Position numbers and translations under genes: made by a program
Assembly: GCA_964593885.1 (NCBI GenBank)
Contig: CAZQKK010000002.1
Location: 286,990 to 350,989, forward strand
Origin: an uncultured Candidatus Saccharibacteria bacterium
Lineage (GTDB): Bacteria > Patescibacteriota > UBA1384 > CAILIB01
Length of the DNA: 64,000 nucleotides
Direction of reading: 5' to 3'
The notes under the pieces: generated by a model
What the model was told of the DNA's origin: nothing
The model's database searches: none
The model's input: the letters and a program-made list of their open reading frames with translations, nothing else
Shown here: positions 38,071 to 48,595 of the stretch, piece after piece
Layout of the letters: each line of letters opens with the position of its first letter
Numbering within the stretch: position 1 is the stretch's first letter

Positions 38071-39411
38071 TCAAGCGGTTTCCACAAGAGAACCCCCACG
38101 AGTCCCCTTCTTCACGTACTTCTCAACTAGCGGCCGAAGCTCCCGAGACCCAGAAGCTAGTGTGTAGCCCAGTGTTGCAACCTCTTTCTCCCTTCGCTCA
38201 CTGCTACTCACCCGCCTAAGCTCACCTGAGAGTCCAACCTCGCCTACTACCACAAGGGATGGAGGGAGCGATACACCTGCCCTGGCAGAGGCCAGAGCAA
38301 CGCACACTGCGGCATCAATCCCCGGCTCCTTCACCTTGAGACCGCCAACAATGTTCACGTAGACATCGTGAGCTGAAAGGTCTACGCCAGCCCGCCGCTG
38401 CAGCACCGCTAGCAGGAGGTTCAAACGATTGGGATCAAATCCGGAAGCGGTTCTCCGAGGGTTCCCAAACACGGTTGGAACCGTCAACGCCTGTACCTCA
38501 ATGAGAATAGGTCTACTTCCCTCCATTACCACGGTGAGCACCGATCCTGGTGCCTCAACCCTCTCCTGGAGCAAGAAGCTGCTGGCGTTTGCCACCTCGT
38601 TCATACCCTTCTCTTCCATCACAAACATGCCCGTTTCGGTGGCGTCGCCAAAACGATTCTTTGCAGCGCGCAAGATACGGAGGTCATGGCTAGGTTCGCC
38701 CTCAAGGTAGAGCACCACATCTACTAGGTGTTCAAGCGTACGCGGTCCGGCAACCGTCCCTTCTTTCGTAATGTGGCCTACCAGGATAACCGAGACGTTA
38801 AGTTTCTTTGCCAGCTGCTGAATCCGCATGGCAGTTTCCCTCACCTGCACAATGCTCCCGGGCGTAGATGGGTAGGCACCGTCGTACATGGTCTGGATAG
38901 AGTCCACAATGACCAGTGAAGGCTTCTCGGCCTCAATCACCTGCTGGACCTGGGAAACGTCTGTGACGGCCAGAATAGACACGTTTCCACCCGTGAGCCC
39001 CAACCTATCGGCACGCAGTTTCACCTGCTCAGGGGACTCCTCGCCTGAAACATAGAGAACAGGCTGCTTGACTAGGTTTGCCACCTGCAGTAGCAAGGTA
39101 CTCTTTCCAATACCTGGATCTCCCCCAACCAAGATCACGCTCCCCGGCACAATTCCCCCGCCTAGCACCCTGTCTACCTCAGCAAACCCAGAAGGCATTC
39201 GTTGGAGATTGCTACTGGTCACATCTTTGAGCACCCTCGGCTTCTGGGAAGCTGCGGGCGAAGTTACCCGTGCCCCTGGGTGGTCAACGGCAACAGAGAA
39301 CTCTTTGATGGTGTTCCAGTTCCCACAGTTGGCACACCTCCCCTGCCACTGCATGTACTCTTCACCGCAATCACTACAGACAAACAGGGTTTTGGAGGTT
39401 TTTTTGGACAT
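38071..39411 (-). CDS. radA: DNA repair protein RadA (Sms)
   Basis: N-terminal C4 zinc finger CSDCGEEY..CANCGNW; RecA-like GDPGIGKSTLLLQ Walker A; C-terminal Lon-protease-like domain. Confidence 0.9.
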   Translation of the reverse strand: MSKKTSKTLFVCSDCGEEYMQWQGRCANCGNWNTIKEFSVAVDHPGARVTSPAASQKPRVLKDVTSSNLQRMPSGFAEVDRVLGGGIVPGSVILVGGDPGIGKSTLLLQVANLVKQPVLYVSGEESPEQVKLRADRLGLTGGNVSILAVTDVSQVQQVIEAEKPSLVIVDSIQTMYDGAYPSTPGSIVQVRETAMRIQQLAKKLNVSVILVGHITKEGTVAGPRTLEHLVDVVLYLEGEPSHDLRILRAAKNRFGDATETGMFVMEEKGMNEVANASSFLLQERVEAPGSVLTVVMEGSRPILIEVQALTVPTVFGNPRRTASGFDPNRLNLLLAVLQRRAGVDLSAHDVYVNIVGGLKVKEPGIDAAVCVALASARAGVSLPPSLVVVGEVGLSGELRRVSSSERREKEVATLGYTLASGSRELRPLVEKYVKKGTRGGSLVETA

Positions 39412-39486
39412 ACACCAGTTATTACACGAAAGCGAGTGAGCGGCAACTCAATTGCAGGATGCTCACTATTCTGGCATACAGATAAC

Positions 39487-39966
39487 ATGCGAAAACCACG
39501 CCTGCTCTTCATGAGTTTGGCTGAGTTAGATCGCCAACAGGAAGAGCTCAAACTGAGACGGACAACTGAGCTGGAGATGTGCTCCCGCTACGCAACCAGT
39601 GAAGATGACAGGTACCCAATCATCTTAGAGCTATGGATGAGCCACTCACTCATAGTACTTAACATCCTCAGGACACATCCCTGGATAACGAGGTACGTGG
39701 GCGACATTGAGAACTTCATTGAAACAGGACTTCGAGATGCGTGCCTTGCTACTGCCATCATGCAAATGTACAACTACCCAGATCGCCACACCTTTCTGGT
39801 AGAGTACATCCTTGACGCTGCATTCGCTGCAATCATTACATCATTCGGAGATGACAAGAATAATGCCATTGGGAAAGGCTGGGATGAGAAGTTTAAGCTT
39901 ACCCATGCTGGATTCCACTACGAGATCTCAATGGTAGAAATCAGTGACGAAGATCCCTACTTCTAG
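39487..39966 (+). CDS. hypothetical protein (159 aa)
   Basis: ATG 39487; the track ORF start at 39202 overlaps radA antisense and is discarded; terminator follows. Confidence 0.4.
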   Translation: MRKPRLLFMSLAELDRQQEELKLRRTTELEMCSRYATSEDDRYPIILELWMSHSLIVLNILRTHPWITRYVGDIENFIETGLRDACLATAIMQMYNYPDRHTFLVEYILDAAFAAIITSFGDDKNNAIGKGWDEKFKLTHAGFHYEISMVEISDEDPYF

Positions 39967-39993
39967 ACCACCTACACGGTGGTCATTTTTTTC
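39966..39993 (+). terminator. Rho-independent terminator
   Basis: GACCACC-UACAC-GGUGGUC followed by AUUUUUUUC. Confidence 0.6.
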
Positions 39994-41654
39994 ATCTGTA
40001 CATTTGGCGAAGTAACTCCCTGCCACGTTTCAAGTGAGACAGTTCCTAGTACCTCTACCTTCGCTCCATCTCGCACTTCACCTCGTGTCATACCAAAACC
40101 GATTGCTTTCTTCTTTACCTCGGGGTGCTCTGGATCAACAAGGAAGCAGCTCAAGTGATTTCCATCCCTTCCAACTTCCTTCAGTGACTCCACAGTTGCT
40201 GGAATGTTGAATACAGGTTGCGGGAAGCCAATCCCAAATGGCTCAAGTTCTTGGAGAGCCGTTGCTAGCTCTACGGTGACATCGGCAAGTGAGATAACCG
40301 CTTCAGGCTTTCGCTCCCCCGCAAGAGCAAGCTCTTCAAGTGAAGCGTCGGCTGCTCCAAGCTGCACGAGTTCCCTAAACCCAGCCACGGCTCCAACTGC
40401 AACTGCTCCTGTTCTAAAGGTAAGACCAGCAGCCTTAGCGTGACCCCCATACCTCTCCAAGAAGGCCTCACCTGCTTCCACCAGCTTTACCGCGTGCACT
40501 GCCCCAATACTCCTTACCGAGCCTTTCACCACACCTCCCTCAAGTGCCAGGACCACTGCAGGGCGCTTGTAGGTTTCTACTAGCTTACTTGCCACGAGAC
40601 CAATCACCCCCGTTGACCACGTTTCGTGGAATACGACGATGACCTTTGCGCTGAGCTGTTCGTTAGCCTGTCGATGCGCCTCCACAAGGTGGGCATCAAC
40701 GAGTGCCTGCCTATCGGCGTTTGCGGTGTTAAGGAACTGTGAAATGGTTACCGCTTCCTCACTACTACTTGCTAGGAAGAGGTTGAGAGGAGCATGGCCA
40801 CCTGACGGCAAGAGCTCGTGGTGCATGCGGGAAGGTGCGTTAATCCTCGGGGCAAGTTTGAAACCAACGTCACCAGCACTCACACCCTTGAGCGTCACCC
40901 CAGCAACCTGGGCAAGCGCCTGGATGCCTACGTTTCGCGTCTGTCCCATCACCTGCAGGCCAAACTTGGCGAAGAGCCTATTCTCGCCCACTAGCGGAAC
41001 GAGGTCTGCAATGGTAGAGAGAGCTACTAGGTCTAGCTCCCACTTGAGGAAGTCAGTTGACTGCTTGAGTGCCTCGGCTAGCTGCCAGAGCATCTTCCAG
41101 GCGAGGGCACAGCCACACAGCTCTTTGAAAGGGTACGGGCACTGCTCTTGCTTAGGGTTGATGATTGCCAAGGCGGCATCGGCAACGTGTCCTGCCTGGG
41201 GTTCGTGGTGATCGATGACAATTACACTAACACCAGCCCGGGAAAGTGTCTCAACCTCCTCTCTTGCCACCGTACCGTTATCTACGGTAATGACGAGGCT
41301 TGGGTGTTCGCCAAGAATCTTCTCTACTGAGTTTGAGGTGAGCCCGTATCCTTCTGAGCGAAGCGGGATAATTGGGACCAACTGCTTGTACCCAAGTACC
41401 CGCAGGCACCTGACGAGGAGGGCAGTAGCTGGAACACCATCAGCATCGTAGTCACCAAAGATGACAATCCGCTCATCCTGAGCCTTCAAGAGCCTCTCAA
41501 CCGCCTGGTGCATACCCCTCATTTTTGAGGCGTCGTGCTGATCTCTCAAAAAGTCAGGGTGTAAAAACTCCTGTTGGTTTTCTGGGGAGATTCCTCGCTC
41601 TCGTAACAAGCTTGAGATAATTTCTTGTGGTTTCATGGTTTTACGTAAGCCCAA
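39972..41654 (-). CDS. recJ: single-stranded-DNA-specific exonuclease RecJ
   Basis: DHH motifs IVIFGDYDADGVPATALL and VIVIDHHEP; DHHA1 and OB-fold C-terminal region. Confidence 0.85.
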   Translation of the reverse strand: MGLRKTMKPQEIISSLLRERGISPENQQEFLHPDFLRDQHDASKMRGMHQAVERLLKAQDERIVIFGDYDADGVPATALLVRCLRVLGYKQLVPIIPLRSEGYGLTSNSVEKILGEHPSLVITVDNGTVAREEVETLSRAGVSVIVIDHHEPQAGHVADAALAIINPKQEQCPYPFKELCGCALAWKMLWQLAEALKQSTDFLKWELDLVALSTIADLVPLVGENRLFAKFGLQVMGQTRNVGIQALAQVAGVTLKGVSAGDVGFKLAPRINAPSRMHHELLPSGGHAPLNLFLASSSEEAVTISQFLNTANADRQALVDAHLVEAHRQANEQLSAKVIVVFHETWSTGVIGLVASKLVETYKRPAVVLALEGGVVKGSVRSIGAVHAVKLVEAGEAFLERYGGHAKAAGLTFRTGAVAVGAVAGFRELVQLGAADASLEELALAGERKPEAVISLADVTVELATALQELEPFGIGFPQPVFNIPATVESLKEVGRDGNHLSCFLVDPEHPEVKKKAIGFGMTRGEVRDGAKVEVLGTVSLETWQGVTSPNVQMKKMTTV

Positions 41655-42460
41655 CGGTCTATTCTCAGGTCAACCTGGGATGTTGGGGAAATGGTTTCTT
41701 GTACTAGGAGTCGTTTGAGGTTTCTCACCTGCACCGCAGCTTCCCCTAGCGTGTTCATCTGCACCCGTAAGCCCTGCTCGGTTACAACCAGGAGATCGTA
41801 GGTTGTCTGCTGTACCTCAAGCTTAACCACTTTTAGCTCAGGGAGGTAGGCGAGCATCTCCTGCTGGAGGCTGGCGACAAAACTGACAAACTGGGAAGTT
41901 GCAATGCTGGTACCTGTGGTAACGGCGATGTTCTGACTATCGGTGACGCGGGGGAGTTGGTTGAGGGTAGTTCCCGGCTCAGCATCTGCATTGGGGAAAT
42001 CTGAAACTTTGTAGGTGAAGAGTACCTCACCGTTTGCATCAATGAGCGAAACTCCATCCCCTGACTGCCAGAGAATCACTGGTTTGCGTTCCTCAACCAC
42101 AATCCTCAGGCTACTCGGAATCCCCTTGAGTACCTTTACATCAATAACTGGCTGCGAGGCAAAAATGCTCGCTTTTATCTTTGCCTCGGGAACAAACCAG
42201 ATGCTCCCGCCTCGAGGAACTAGTTCAGAAATTTTCTGACTATTACTGAGTAACGTGCCTTGTACCTCAACATTTTTTACCTTGAAAACTGGACTCCAGA
42301 AGAGAACCCAGACAATTGCCGCGACAGTCCCCGACCAGATTAGGTGACGAAGCACCGTAAAGAGCATCGAGTAGTCTCGCTTCTCTTTCTGGAGGTTTCC
42401 ATAGATGAGCGGGGTTTGGCGAACATGCCGCGCCCTCACCACGTTTCGTCGTCGGTGCAT
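41633..42460 (-). CDS. ftsQ: cell division protein FtsQ/DivIB-like (TM + POTRA)
   Basis: N-terminal TM helix followed by POTRA-like and beta domains; last gene of the dcw cluster. Confidence 0.6.
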   Translation of the reverse strand: MHRRRNVVRARHVRQTPLIYGNLQKEKRDYSMLFTVLRHLIWSGTVAAIVWVLFWSPVFKVKNVEVQGTLLSNSQKISELVPRGGSIWFVPEAKIKASIFASQPVIDVKVLKGIPSSLRIVVEERKPVILWQSGDGVSLIDANGEVLFTYKVSDFPNADAEPGTTLNQLPRVTDSQNIAVTTGTSIATSQFVSFVASLQQEMLAYLPELKVVKLEVQQTTYDLLVVTEQGLRVQMNTLGEAAVQVRNLKRLLVQETISPTSQVDLRIDRWAYVKP

Positions 42461-42472
42461 ACCACCAGTGTA

Positions 42473-43492
42473 CTAGAAATTTCCTGGTATCGCCCCGTCG
42501 CGCTCGCCAATTATGGTGAACGCCGGCGTCAGCTTCGCCCCAAAGAACTTTTCTACCTGCTCAATGACGGCTGTTGTAAACGCTTCCAGCCTTCGCACCG
42601 AAACAGGAAGTTCTGACTTCTTGAACATTGCTGAGGTAACGGTGGCGTAGTTTGGGTAGGCACTGCTCATCTTGAGCCCAGAAACGCTCATTCCAAAAAC
42701 CTTGGAGGCATCAAAGGCCTCTTGAAGGGTGACGTTTGGCAGCGGTAAGAAGAGTGGACCAAAGTATCGGTGAGCCTCATCTTCTGGCGGCTCAGTTTCA
42801 CGTACCGCCATCACTTCTTGCTGCATCCTCCTCATGATCTCATCAGACCTGAGGCTGGTGAGCTGAATTTGAGCGGTGAGGATCACTGGCATCCTTCCCC
42901 CGTCACGTTCTGCCGCCTGCGAGAGCTTAGTCTGCCCATCTTCTACCCGTGTGGTGAGCCAGGTGCCCTTAAACCTCACGATGCTGGGGTCTGGCTTGAT
43001 CTTTGTTGGAGGCATGAGGAGGGTGAGCGAACGCAGAGAATCGGCAAACTGCTGCTTGCTCTCGTGGGCGTGGGTGTTGTTACTGAAGAGTGCACCTCCA
43101 ACACTTCCCCCACCTGCGTAGAGGGGAAGTAATCCCCCAAGCTCAAGGTTGGCGGTGATGGTGAGGAGCCTTCGCATCGGCATGCCACTATCAACCACCA
43201 CCTGGCTCTGCTCCTGCGAAACAGCGTAGCTCTCTGAGGCATTCTGAATGATCAGTCCCTCATACCCACCGTCAGCAATAATGGTACTCTCGCCTAAGCC
43301 AAGTACCCGGTAGGGGATGCCCGCATCGCACGCCGCCTTTACCGCCTGCACCAGCTCTACCGTATCAGCTGCCACCGTGTAGTAGCGCGCCGGTCCCCCG
43401 ATGCCGAGTGGCCGTGTACTCCCGAGGGGGAAGCCTGTCTCAACCTTGGGAATTACCTTGAGAAGTTGCTGTTTTATCTGATCCTCAACCAC
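42473..43492 (-). CDS. murB: UDP-N-acetylenolpyruvoylglucosamine reductase
   Basis: FAD-binding PCMH domain (LGIGGPARYYTVAADTVELVQAV...VLGLGESTII); GTG start overlapping the murC stop. Confidence 0.8.
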   Translation of the reverse strand: MVEDQIKQQLLKVIPKVETGFPLGSTRPLGIGGPARYYTVAADTVELVQAVKAACDAGIPYRVLGLGESTIIADGGYEGLIIQNASESYAVSQEQSQVVVDSGMPMRRLLTITANLELGGLLPLYAGGGSVGGALFSNNTHAHESKQQFADSLRSLTLLMPPTKIKPDPSIVRFKGTWLTTRVEDGQTKLSQAAERDGGRMPVILTAQIQLTSLRSDEIMRRMQQEVMAVRETEPPEDEAHRYFGPLFLPLPNVTLQEAFDASKVFGMSVSGLKMSSAYPNYATVTSAMFKKSELPVSVRRLEAFTTAVIEQVEKFFGAKLTPAFTIIGERDGAIPGNF

Positions 43493-44822
43493 GCTGCCAC
43501 CTCTGTACCATATTCCTAATGTCGCCAGCGCCTACGGTAAAGAGCGTTCCTCCTCCCGCTACGGCATCTCTCACCTGCTTTTCTAGCTCTACGGTATCTG
43601 CTGCAAGGAGGACTTCCATACCCTCTGGTGCTTTCTTCATTACCTCGTCTCGTACATCGGTACTACTAACCTCTATGTCGTCCTCCCTACCTGCAACTTG
43701 GTAGATGGGAGCGATGATAAGCCTATCCACCGGATGCTCGTCAAAAGCTCTCCCAAATTCTTTCAGGTGGTTTTTGGTTCGCGCTTTCTGGTGTGGCTGG
43801 AATACCACCGTTACCTTCTCTTTGCCACCTCGCGGGAACCTGTCGTTGATACCGCTGAGGAGCGCACGAAGTTCGGTTGGGTGGTGGGCGTAGTCATCGT
43901 AGAGCTCAGTCTTGCCCCAGGTACCCCAGTGTTCAAACCGTCTCTCGGTTCCAGGGAAACAGGCGAGTGCCTTGAGGATTACCTCTTGCGACACCCCAAG
44001 CTCATGGCAGACTCGCGCTGCAGCAGTAGCATTGAGAAGGTTGTGCAGTCCAGGCTGCGGTAGCTTAAGGCCAGGCCAGAGTTTTCGCTCATCGTACCAG
44101 CGGAACGTGTACTTGAAGCCCTTAGCTACCTTCCTGATCCTGGCATCTTTACCGTAGGCAACCACGAGGCCTTTGCCTTTTGGCGTTGCATGTACGCCAC
44201 TTGGGAGGTTGCGCAGGAAAGTGTGGTACGAAGCCTCAATCTCGGGAAGTCCACCCGTGTAGTAGTCGAGGTGGTCAGCATCAATGTTGAGTACCACAGC
44301 TACCTGGGGGTAAAACTGGTGGAAGCTCCTGTCAAACTCATCTGCCTCAAGCACCAGGTACTCTCCCGACCCCACCCTCGTTCCACCCCATGGAGCCAAG
44401 GTACTCCCCACAAAGACTGTTGGGTCAAGTCCTGCCTGGTCAAGGATCCAGCCAATCATCCCTGTAGTGGTGGTTTTCCCGTGAGCCCCTGCAACTGCAA
44501 TGGTGGTGTACTGCCGGGTGAGCTTCCCAACCCAAACGGCGCGCTTTACCACTGGAATTCCTCGCCTCTCAAGCTCAAGAAACTCTGGGTAGTGGGGAGC
44601 CTTCTCGGTAACTGCTGCAGATACCACTGCCTCGGTTACACCCTCAGGAATGGCGCTAGGGTCTGAGCCAATGTGAATAGATGCTCCCGCGGCTCGCAAA
44701 CGTCTCACCTGGTCTGTTTCGGTGACATCGGTACCAGAAAGCTGCCACCCCTGTGCAAGGGCGTAGTCCGCAATCCAGAGCATTCCCACTCCGCCAATGC
44801 CAACGAGGTAGAGGTGTCTCAT
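43485..44822 (-). CDS. murC: UDP-N-acetylmuramate--L-alanine ligase
   Basis: LYLVGIGGVGMLWIADYAL N-terminus and Mur-ligase P-loop AVAGAHGKTTTTGM. Confidence 0.85.
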   Translation of the reverse strand: MRHLYLVGIGGVGMLWIADYALAQGWQLSGTDVTETDQVRRLRAAGASIHIGSDPSAIPEGVTEAVVSAAVTEKAPHYPEFLELERRGIPVVKRAVWVGKLTRQYTTIAVAGAHGKTTTTGMIGWILDQAGLDPTVFVGSTLAPWGGTRVGSGEYLVLEADEFDRSFHQFYPQVAVVLNIDADHLDYYTGGLPEIEASYHTFLRNLPSGVHATPKGKGLVVAYGKDARIRKVAKGFKYTFRWYDERKLWPGLKLPQPGLHNLLNATAAARVCHELGVSQEVILKALACFPGTERRFEHWGTWGKTELYDDYAHHPTELRALLSGINDRFPRGGKEKVTVVFQPHQKARTKNHLKEFGRAFDEHPVDRLIIAPIYQVAGREDDIEVSSTDVRDEVMKKAPEGMEVLLAADTVELEKQVRDAVAGGGTLFTVGAGDIRNMVQRWQRG

Positions 44823-44870
44823 ATGGTTCTATCCTAGGCGAAAATACCTGTCCTGACCACCAAAGTAGCG

Positions 44871-46010
44871 CTACTCTGCAGCTGACAGGAGACGCCTGGC
44901 GATTTCTCGGGCAGCATCAGGTTTTGCAAACTTGGAGATGGTTTTCCTGAGAGACTGACGCCTTTCTTCAGAGGCGTGGAGCTCTTGGATAACCGCAAGA
45001 AGTTCAGCTGCTGAGAGGATTGTTTCATTCAAGACTATGGCGGCATCATCTTTACCGAGAACCTGGGCGTTTTCCCACTGGTGGTTCTGGGCAGCGGTTG
45101 AGAGGGGAATAAGGATACTGGCAGCCTTGCTAGCAGCAAGCTCTGCAATGATGCCACCTGCCCTACTAATAACCAGCTCAGCGTGCTGGAGGAGCGGTGC
45201 CATATCGGTAATGCTTGGGAGGAGGTGGAGTCTATCCTGTAACTCCTCAGGCAGTTCAAGTTTCCTCTCAAGGAGCTTGGTGTAGTCTAGGTGACCACAC
45301 TGCTGGACAATTTGAAAGGTCTTGAGGAGCTCTCCCCAGTTTTCAGCTACGAGGTTGTTGATCTTTCGCGAACCCTGGCTTCCGGTAATGAAGAGGAGTG
45401 GCAGCTCAAGTGACAGCTTCACGTCCTCGCCAATCTCGGTGGGAAATGCGAGCTCACTAAAGAAGCTCTTTCGTACCGGCTGACCGATGTACTCAAGCTT
45501 GTGCTGGGGAAGCTTCCTGTACACACTCTTTGGGAAAGCGGTAAAAATCTTGCGCGAAATCTTTGCTAGCAACCTGTTTGCAAGCCCTGGCACCACGTCG
45601 CTCTCGTGGCTGTAGACGGGAACCTTGAGCATCTTTGCCACCATTGCAACCGGCACGCTGACAAATCCTCCCTTACAGAAGACGACATCCGGCTTCACAT
45701 CTTTCATGAGCTGCAGGGCGTCGCTGAACCCTTGGCCAAACTTGAAGAGCTCACCAAGGTGCTTGTGGGTGGCAAAACGGTTGAGCTTGCCTGCGGTAAT
45801 GGCATGGCGCGAAAAGTCAAGGCCGCTCATGTCGAGGGCAGGTGAGGTGAGATCTGAGAGCAGCCCCGCGTAGGAGAGGTTGGCTTCGCCATCAAGCTCG
45901 TGCACTGCTTCCATCACCGCAACAAGTGGTGAGATGTGTCCCATCGTCCCACCTCCCACAAAGAGGATGTGCTTAGGTGGCTTTTCGGTTTGTTCTAGCT
46001 CGCTACTCAT
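44871..46010 (-). CDS. murG: undecaprenyldiphospho-muramoylpentapeptide beta-N-acetylglucosaminyltransferase
   Basis: ILFVGGGTMGHISPLVAV G-loop; GT28 N- and C-domains. Confidence 0.85.
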   Translation of the reverse strand: MSSELEQTEKPPKHILFVGGGTMGHISPLVAVMEAVHELDGEANLSYAGLLSDLTSPALDMSGLDFSRHAITAGKLNRFATHKHLGELFKFGQGFSDALQLMKDVKPDVVFCKGGFVSVPVAMVAKMLKVPVYSHESDVVPGLANRLLAKISRKIFTAFPKSVYRKLPQHKLEYIGQPVRKSFFSELAFPTEIGEDVKLSLELPLLFITGSQGSRKINNLVAENWGELLKTFQIVQQCGHLDYTKLLERKLELPEELQDRLHLLPSITDMAPLLQHAELVISRAGGIIAELAASKAASILIPLSTAAQNHQWENAQVLGKDDAAIVLNETILSAAELLAVIQELHASEERRQSLRKTISKFAKPDAAREIARRLLSAAE

Positions 46011-47182
46011 GTGGTTTTCTTCTGCATTCGTTTTGTAACCTGCCTTTTCTGGTGGTCATCCTCACTACCCTTTGCTTTCTGGTAGCGAGAGATGTTGAGG
46101 ATAACCCCCATCGCACAGAGGGTCACAATGATGTTGGTTCCGCCGTAGCTCACAAACGGGAGCGGAATACCCTTCAGGGGAGCCAGCTGGAGCATTGCTG
46201 CAAGGTTGAGCATAGACTGGTAGGTTAGCCAGGTTGCGATACCGGTTACCAGGAGTTGTGAGAAGACATCGGGAGCACGCGAGGCAACCTGGTAGCTTCG
46301 GTAGAGGATGAAGCTAATCAGTCCAATGAGGAGAGCCGAAATAATGAACCCTAGTTCCTCAACGATAATCGCAAAAATAGAGTCTGTTTGAGGCTCAGGT
46401 AGGAACAAGCGCTTTTGCTTACTCTCACCAAACCCGAGACCAAACCACCCGCCAGACCCGATGGCAATTGCGATGTTGTCACTGTGGTACACCGCAGCAT
46501 CTTTAGTCTGTGTACTGGTGGTTGTATCAGCCTGGTTCTGATTGAGGAAGGCAACGATACGTGCACGTCGGTAGGGCACCGAAAGCGCTCCCGCCAACCC
46601 AACTGCAGCAATGAGGAGTGTTACCCCTAGGTGCTTCCAGCTCATACCTGCCGTCCAGTACACAGCTGCTGCTGAAACCAGCATTACGGTGAGGGTACCA
46701 AAATCTGGTTGCTGGAGCATTAGGAACGAAATCACCGCACAGATCCCCACAAAGGGGATGAAGGTTTCTTGCAGGTTGCCAACCTTATCCTTACGCTGGC
46801 AGAACCACGCGGCAAGGTAGGCGAGGAAGGTAAACTTCACCACTTCAGCAGGCTGGAAGCTGAACCCTCCTACCACAATCCAGCGGTGGGCACCGTTGAT
46901 GTTTCCCTTACTGAAAAGGAACACGCTCACGAGGAGGAGGATGCTTGCCAGGAGCATCCACTTTGCATTCTTCTGCCACACCTTGTAGTCAACGTTTGAG
47001 AGGAACGACATGAGCCCAAGTCCCAGGATCACAAATACCAGGTGTCGCTTAAAGAAGAAGGCTGGGTCTGCCTGGGGAAGGGTGAGCCCCTTGATCACCG
47101 AGGCTGAGTAGACCATCACCAACCCAAAGAGGGTGAGGGTAACCACACCAATAGCAAGGTAGGTGTCAATGTTTCGTCTCAC
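46007..47182 (-). CDS. ftsW: SEDS-family peptidoglycan polymerase FtsW
   Basis: 10-TM SEDS topology and position between murD and murG; GTG start. Confidence 0.85.
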   Translation of the reverse strand: MRRNIDTYLAIGVVTLTLFGLVMVYSASVIKGLTLPQADPAFFFKRHLVFVILGLGLMSFLSNVDYKVWQKNAKWMLLASILLLVSVFLFSKGNINGAHRWIVVGGFSFQPAEVVKFTFLAYLAAWFCQRKDKVGNLQETFIPFVGICAVISFLMLQQPDFGTLTVMLVSAAAVYWTAGMSWKHLGVTLLIAAVGLAGALSVPYRRARIVAFLNQNQADTTTSTQTKDAAVYHSDNIAIAIGSGGWFGLGFGESKQKRLFLPEPQTDSIFAIIVEELGFIISALLIGLISFILYRSYQVASRAPDVFSQLLVTGIATWLTYQSMLNLAAMLQLAPLKGIPLPFVSYGGTNIIVTLCAMGVILNISRYQKAKGSEDDHQKRQVTKRMQKKTT

Positions 47183-47183
47183 C

Positions 47184-48593
47184 TTACGCCTTTCCGCTTA
47201 CCACGCGCGTAAATGCATCGCCACGTTCTTTGTAGTTTGCGTAGGGACTGGCACTTGCGGCAGAGGGGGACAGGAGGAGTACATCGCCAGGCTTGAGTTC
47301 ATCACCAAGGGCCGCAATAAGCTCTTCCATTACACCAGTTGCATCGGTACTCACCGCCTGTACTACTTTCACCTCACTACCCAACGCCAGTACCTTGGAA
47401 GCAAGGCTTCCGGAAGACTCTCCGGGAAGCACTAGGAGCGATACACATCGCTTGGCAATCTCTGGCGCGAGGGAGGTATAGTCCTGCCCCTTATCCTTCC
47501 CTCCTGCCACGAGGTGAATTCGCTTACCCTCAAATGCCTCCAGAGCTACCAGGCAAGACTCGGGGGTGGTTGCGATACTGTCATCATAGGCCAAGATCCC
47601 CCGCTCGTTTTCAACCACCGAGAGGCGGTGTTCAAGACCGGTAAAGGCAACAATTTCTTTCTGCATGACGCTAGGGGAGACGTGGAACAGGGAAGCTACC
47701 AAGATTGCTGGAAGGATGTTTTCTAAGTTGTGTTTTCCTAAGAGCTTTCTCCCTGCGAGGCTCAGCGAGTCAACAGAACCCCCCACGGCGAAGAAGGCAA
47801 CTTCGCTCCCCTGCTGCTCGTCCACCCAAGCCGTCTCCATTCCTGGGAGGCTGCGATGGTACCTGATGATGCGCGCTGGAGCTGCAGCGATGAAGCTCTC
47901 CATCTCTGGGTACTCGGCGTTGATAATCGCCACATCACCTTCACGCTGGTGGGTAAGAATGTTTCTCTTTGCCTCCCGGTAGGCGGCCAGGTTTGCATGG
48001 TGATCGAGGTGGTCCTGGCTAACGTGGAGTACCACGGCAATGTTGGGACTCTTGGTTAGCCCATCAAGCTGGAAGCTTGAGAGCTCCAGGACAACAATGT
48101 CCTCTGGCGCGAGATTCTCAAGGAATGAAAAAGGATCAACCCCAATGTTTCCCGCTAAGTACACCTTCTTCTCTGGAAACGCCGCTTTAAGGATTGCTGT
48201 AATCAGCGTTGAGGTAGTCCCCTTCCCCTTGGTGCCGGTAACCCCTACGGTCTTTGCCTGGCAGAGATCGAGGAAGAGCTGGGTTTGCGAGGTGAGTACC
48301 ACCCCACGTGAGGCTGCAGCTTGGAGGTTTGGGTGGTGAAAAGGAATTCCCGGACTCCTGAAGACTAGGTTGAAGCTTTCAAGGTCTTCGGTAACCTCAG
48401 GGCGCTCCTCAAAGCTGAGCTTCTCAGCGGCATCAGGGTACTTGGCGAAGAGTTCTTCTCGCTTCGAGCCATCCCTATCCCTCACCACCACCTCCAAACC
48501 GTGCCTCAGCAGAAACCCAACCAGCTCGTGGTGGTTGGCGCCGTAGCCCAGGACACAGGCTCTCGATGATGCTGGAAAAGGGAGATCGTGCAT
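47184..48593 (-). CDS. murD: UDP-N-acetylmuramoylalanine--D-glutamate ligase
   Basis: VGVTGTKGKGTTSTL P-loop; ATG 48593 immediately after the mraY stop. Confidence 0.85.
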   Translation of the reverse strand: MHDLPFPASSRACVLGYGANHHELVGFLLRHGLEVVVRDRDGSKREELFAKYPDAAEKLSFEERPEVTEDLESFNLVFRSPGIPFHHPNLQAAASRGVVLTSQTQLFLDLCQAKTVGVTGTKGKGTTSTLITAILKAAFPEKKVYLAGNIGVDPFSFLENLAPEDIVVLELSSFQLDGLTKSPNIAVVLHVSQDHLDHHANLAAYREAKRNILTHQREGDVAIINAEYPEMESFIAAAPARIIRYHRSLPGMETAWVDEQQGSEVAFFAVGGSVDSLSLAGRKLLGKHNLENILPAILVASLFHVSPSVMQKEIVAFTGLEHRLSVVENERGILAYDDSIATTPESCLVALEAFEGKRIHLVAGGKDKGQDYTSLAPEIAKRCVSLLVLPGESSGSLASKVLALGSEVKVVQAVSTDATGVMEELIAALGDELKPGDVLLLSPSAASASPYANYKERGDAFTRVVSGKA

Positions 48594-48595
48594 GG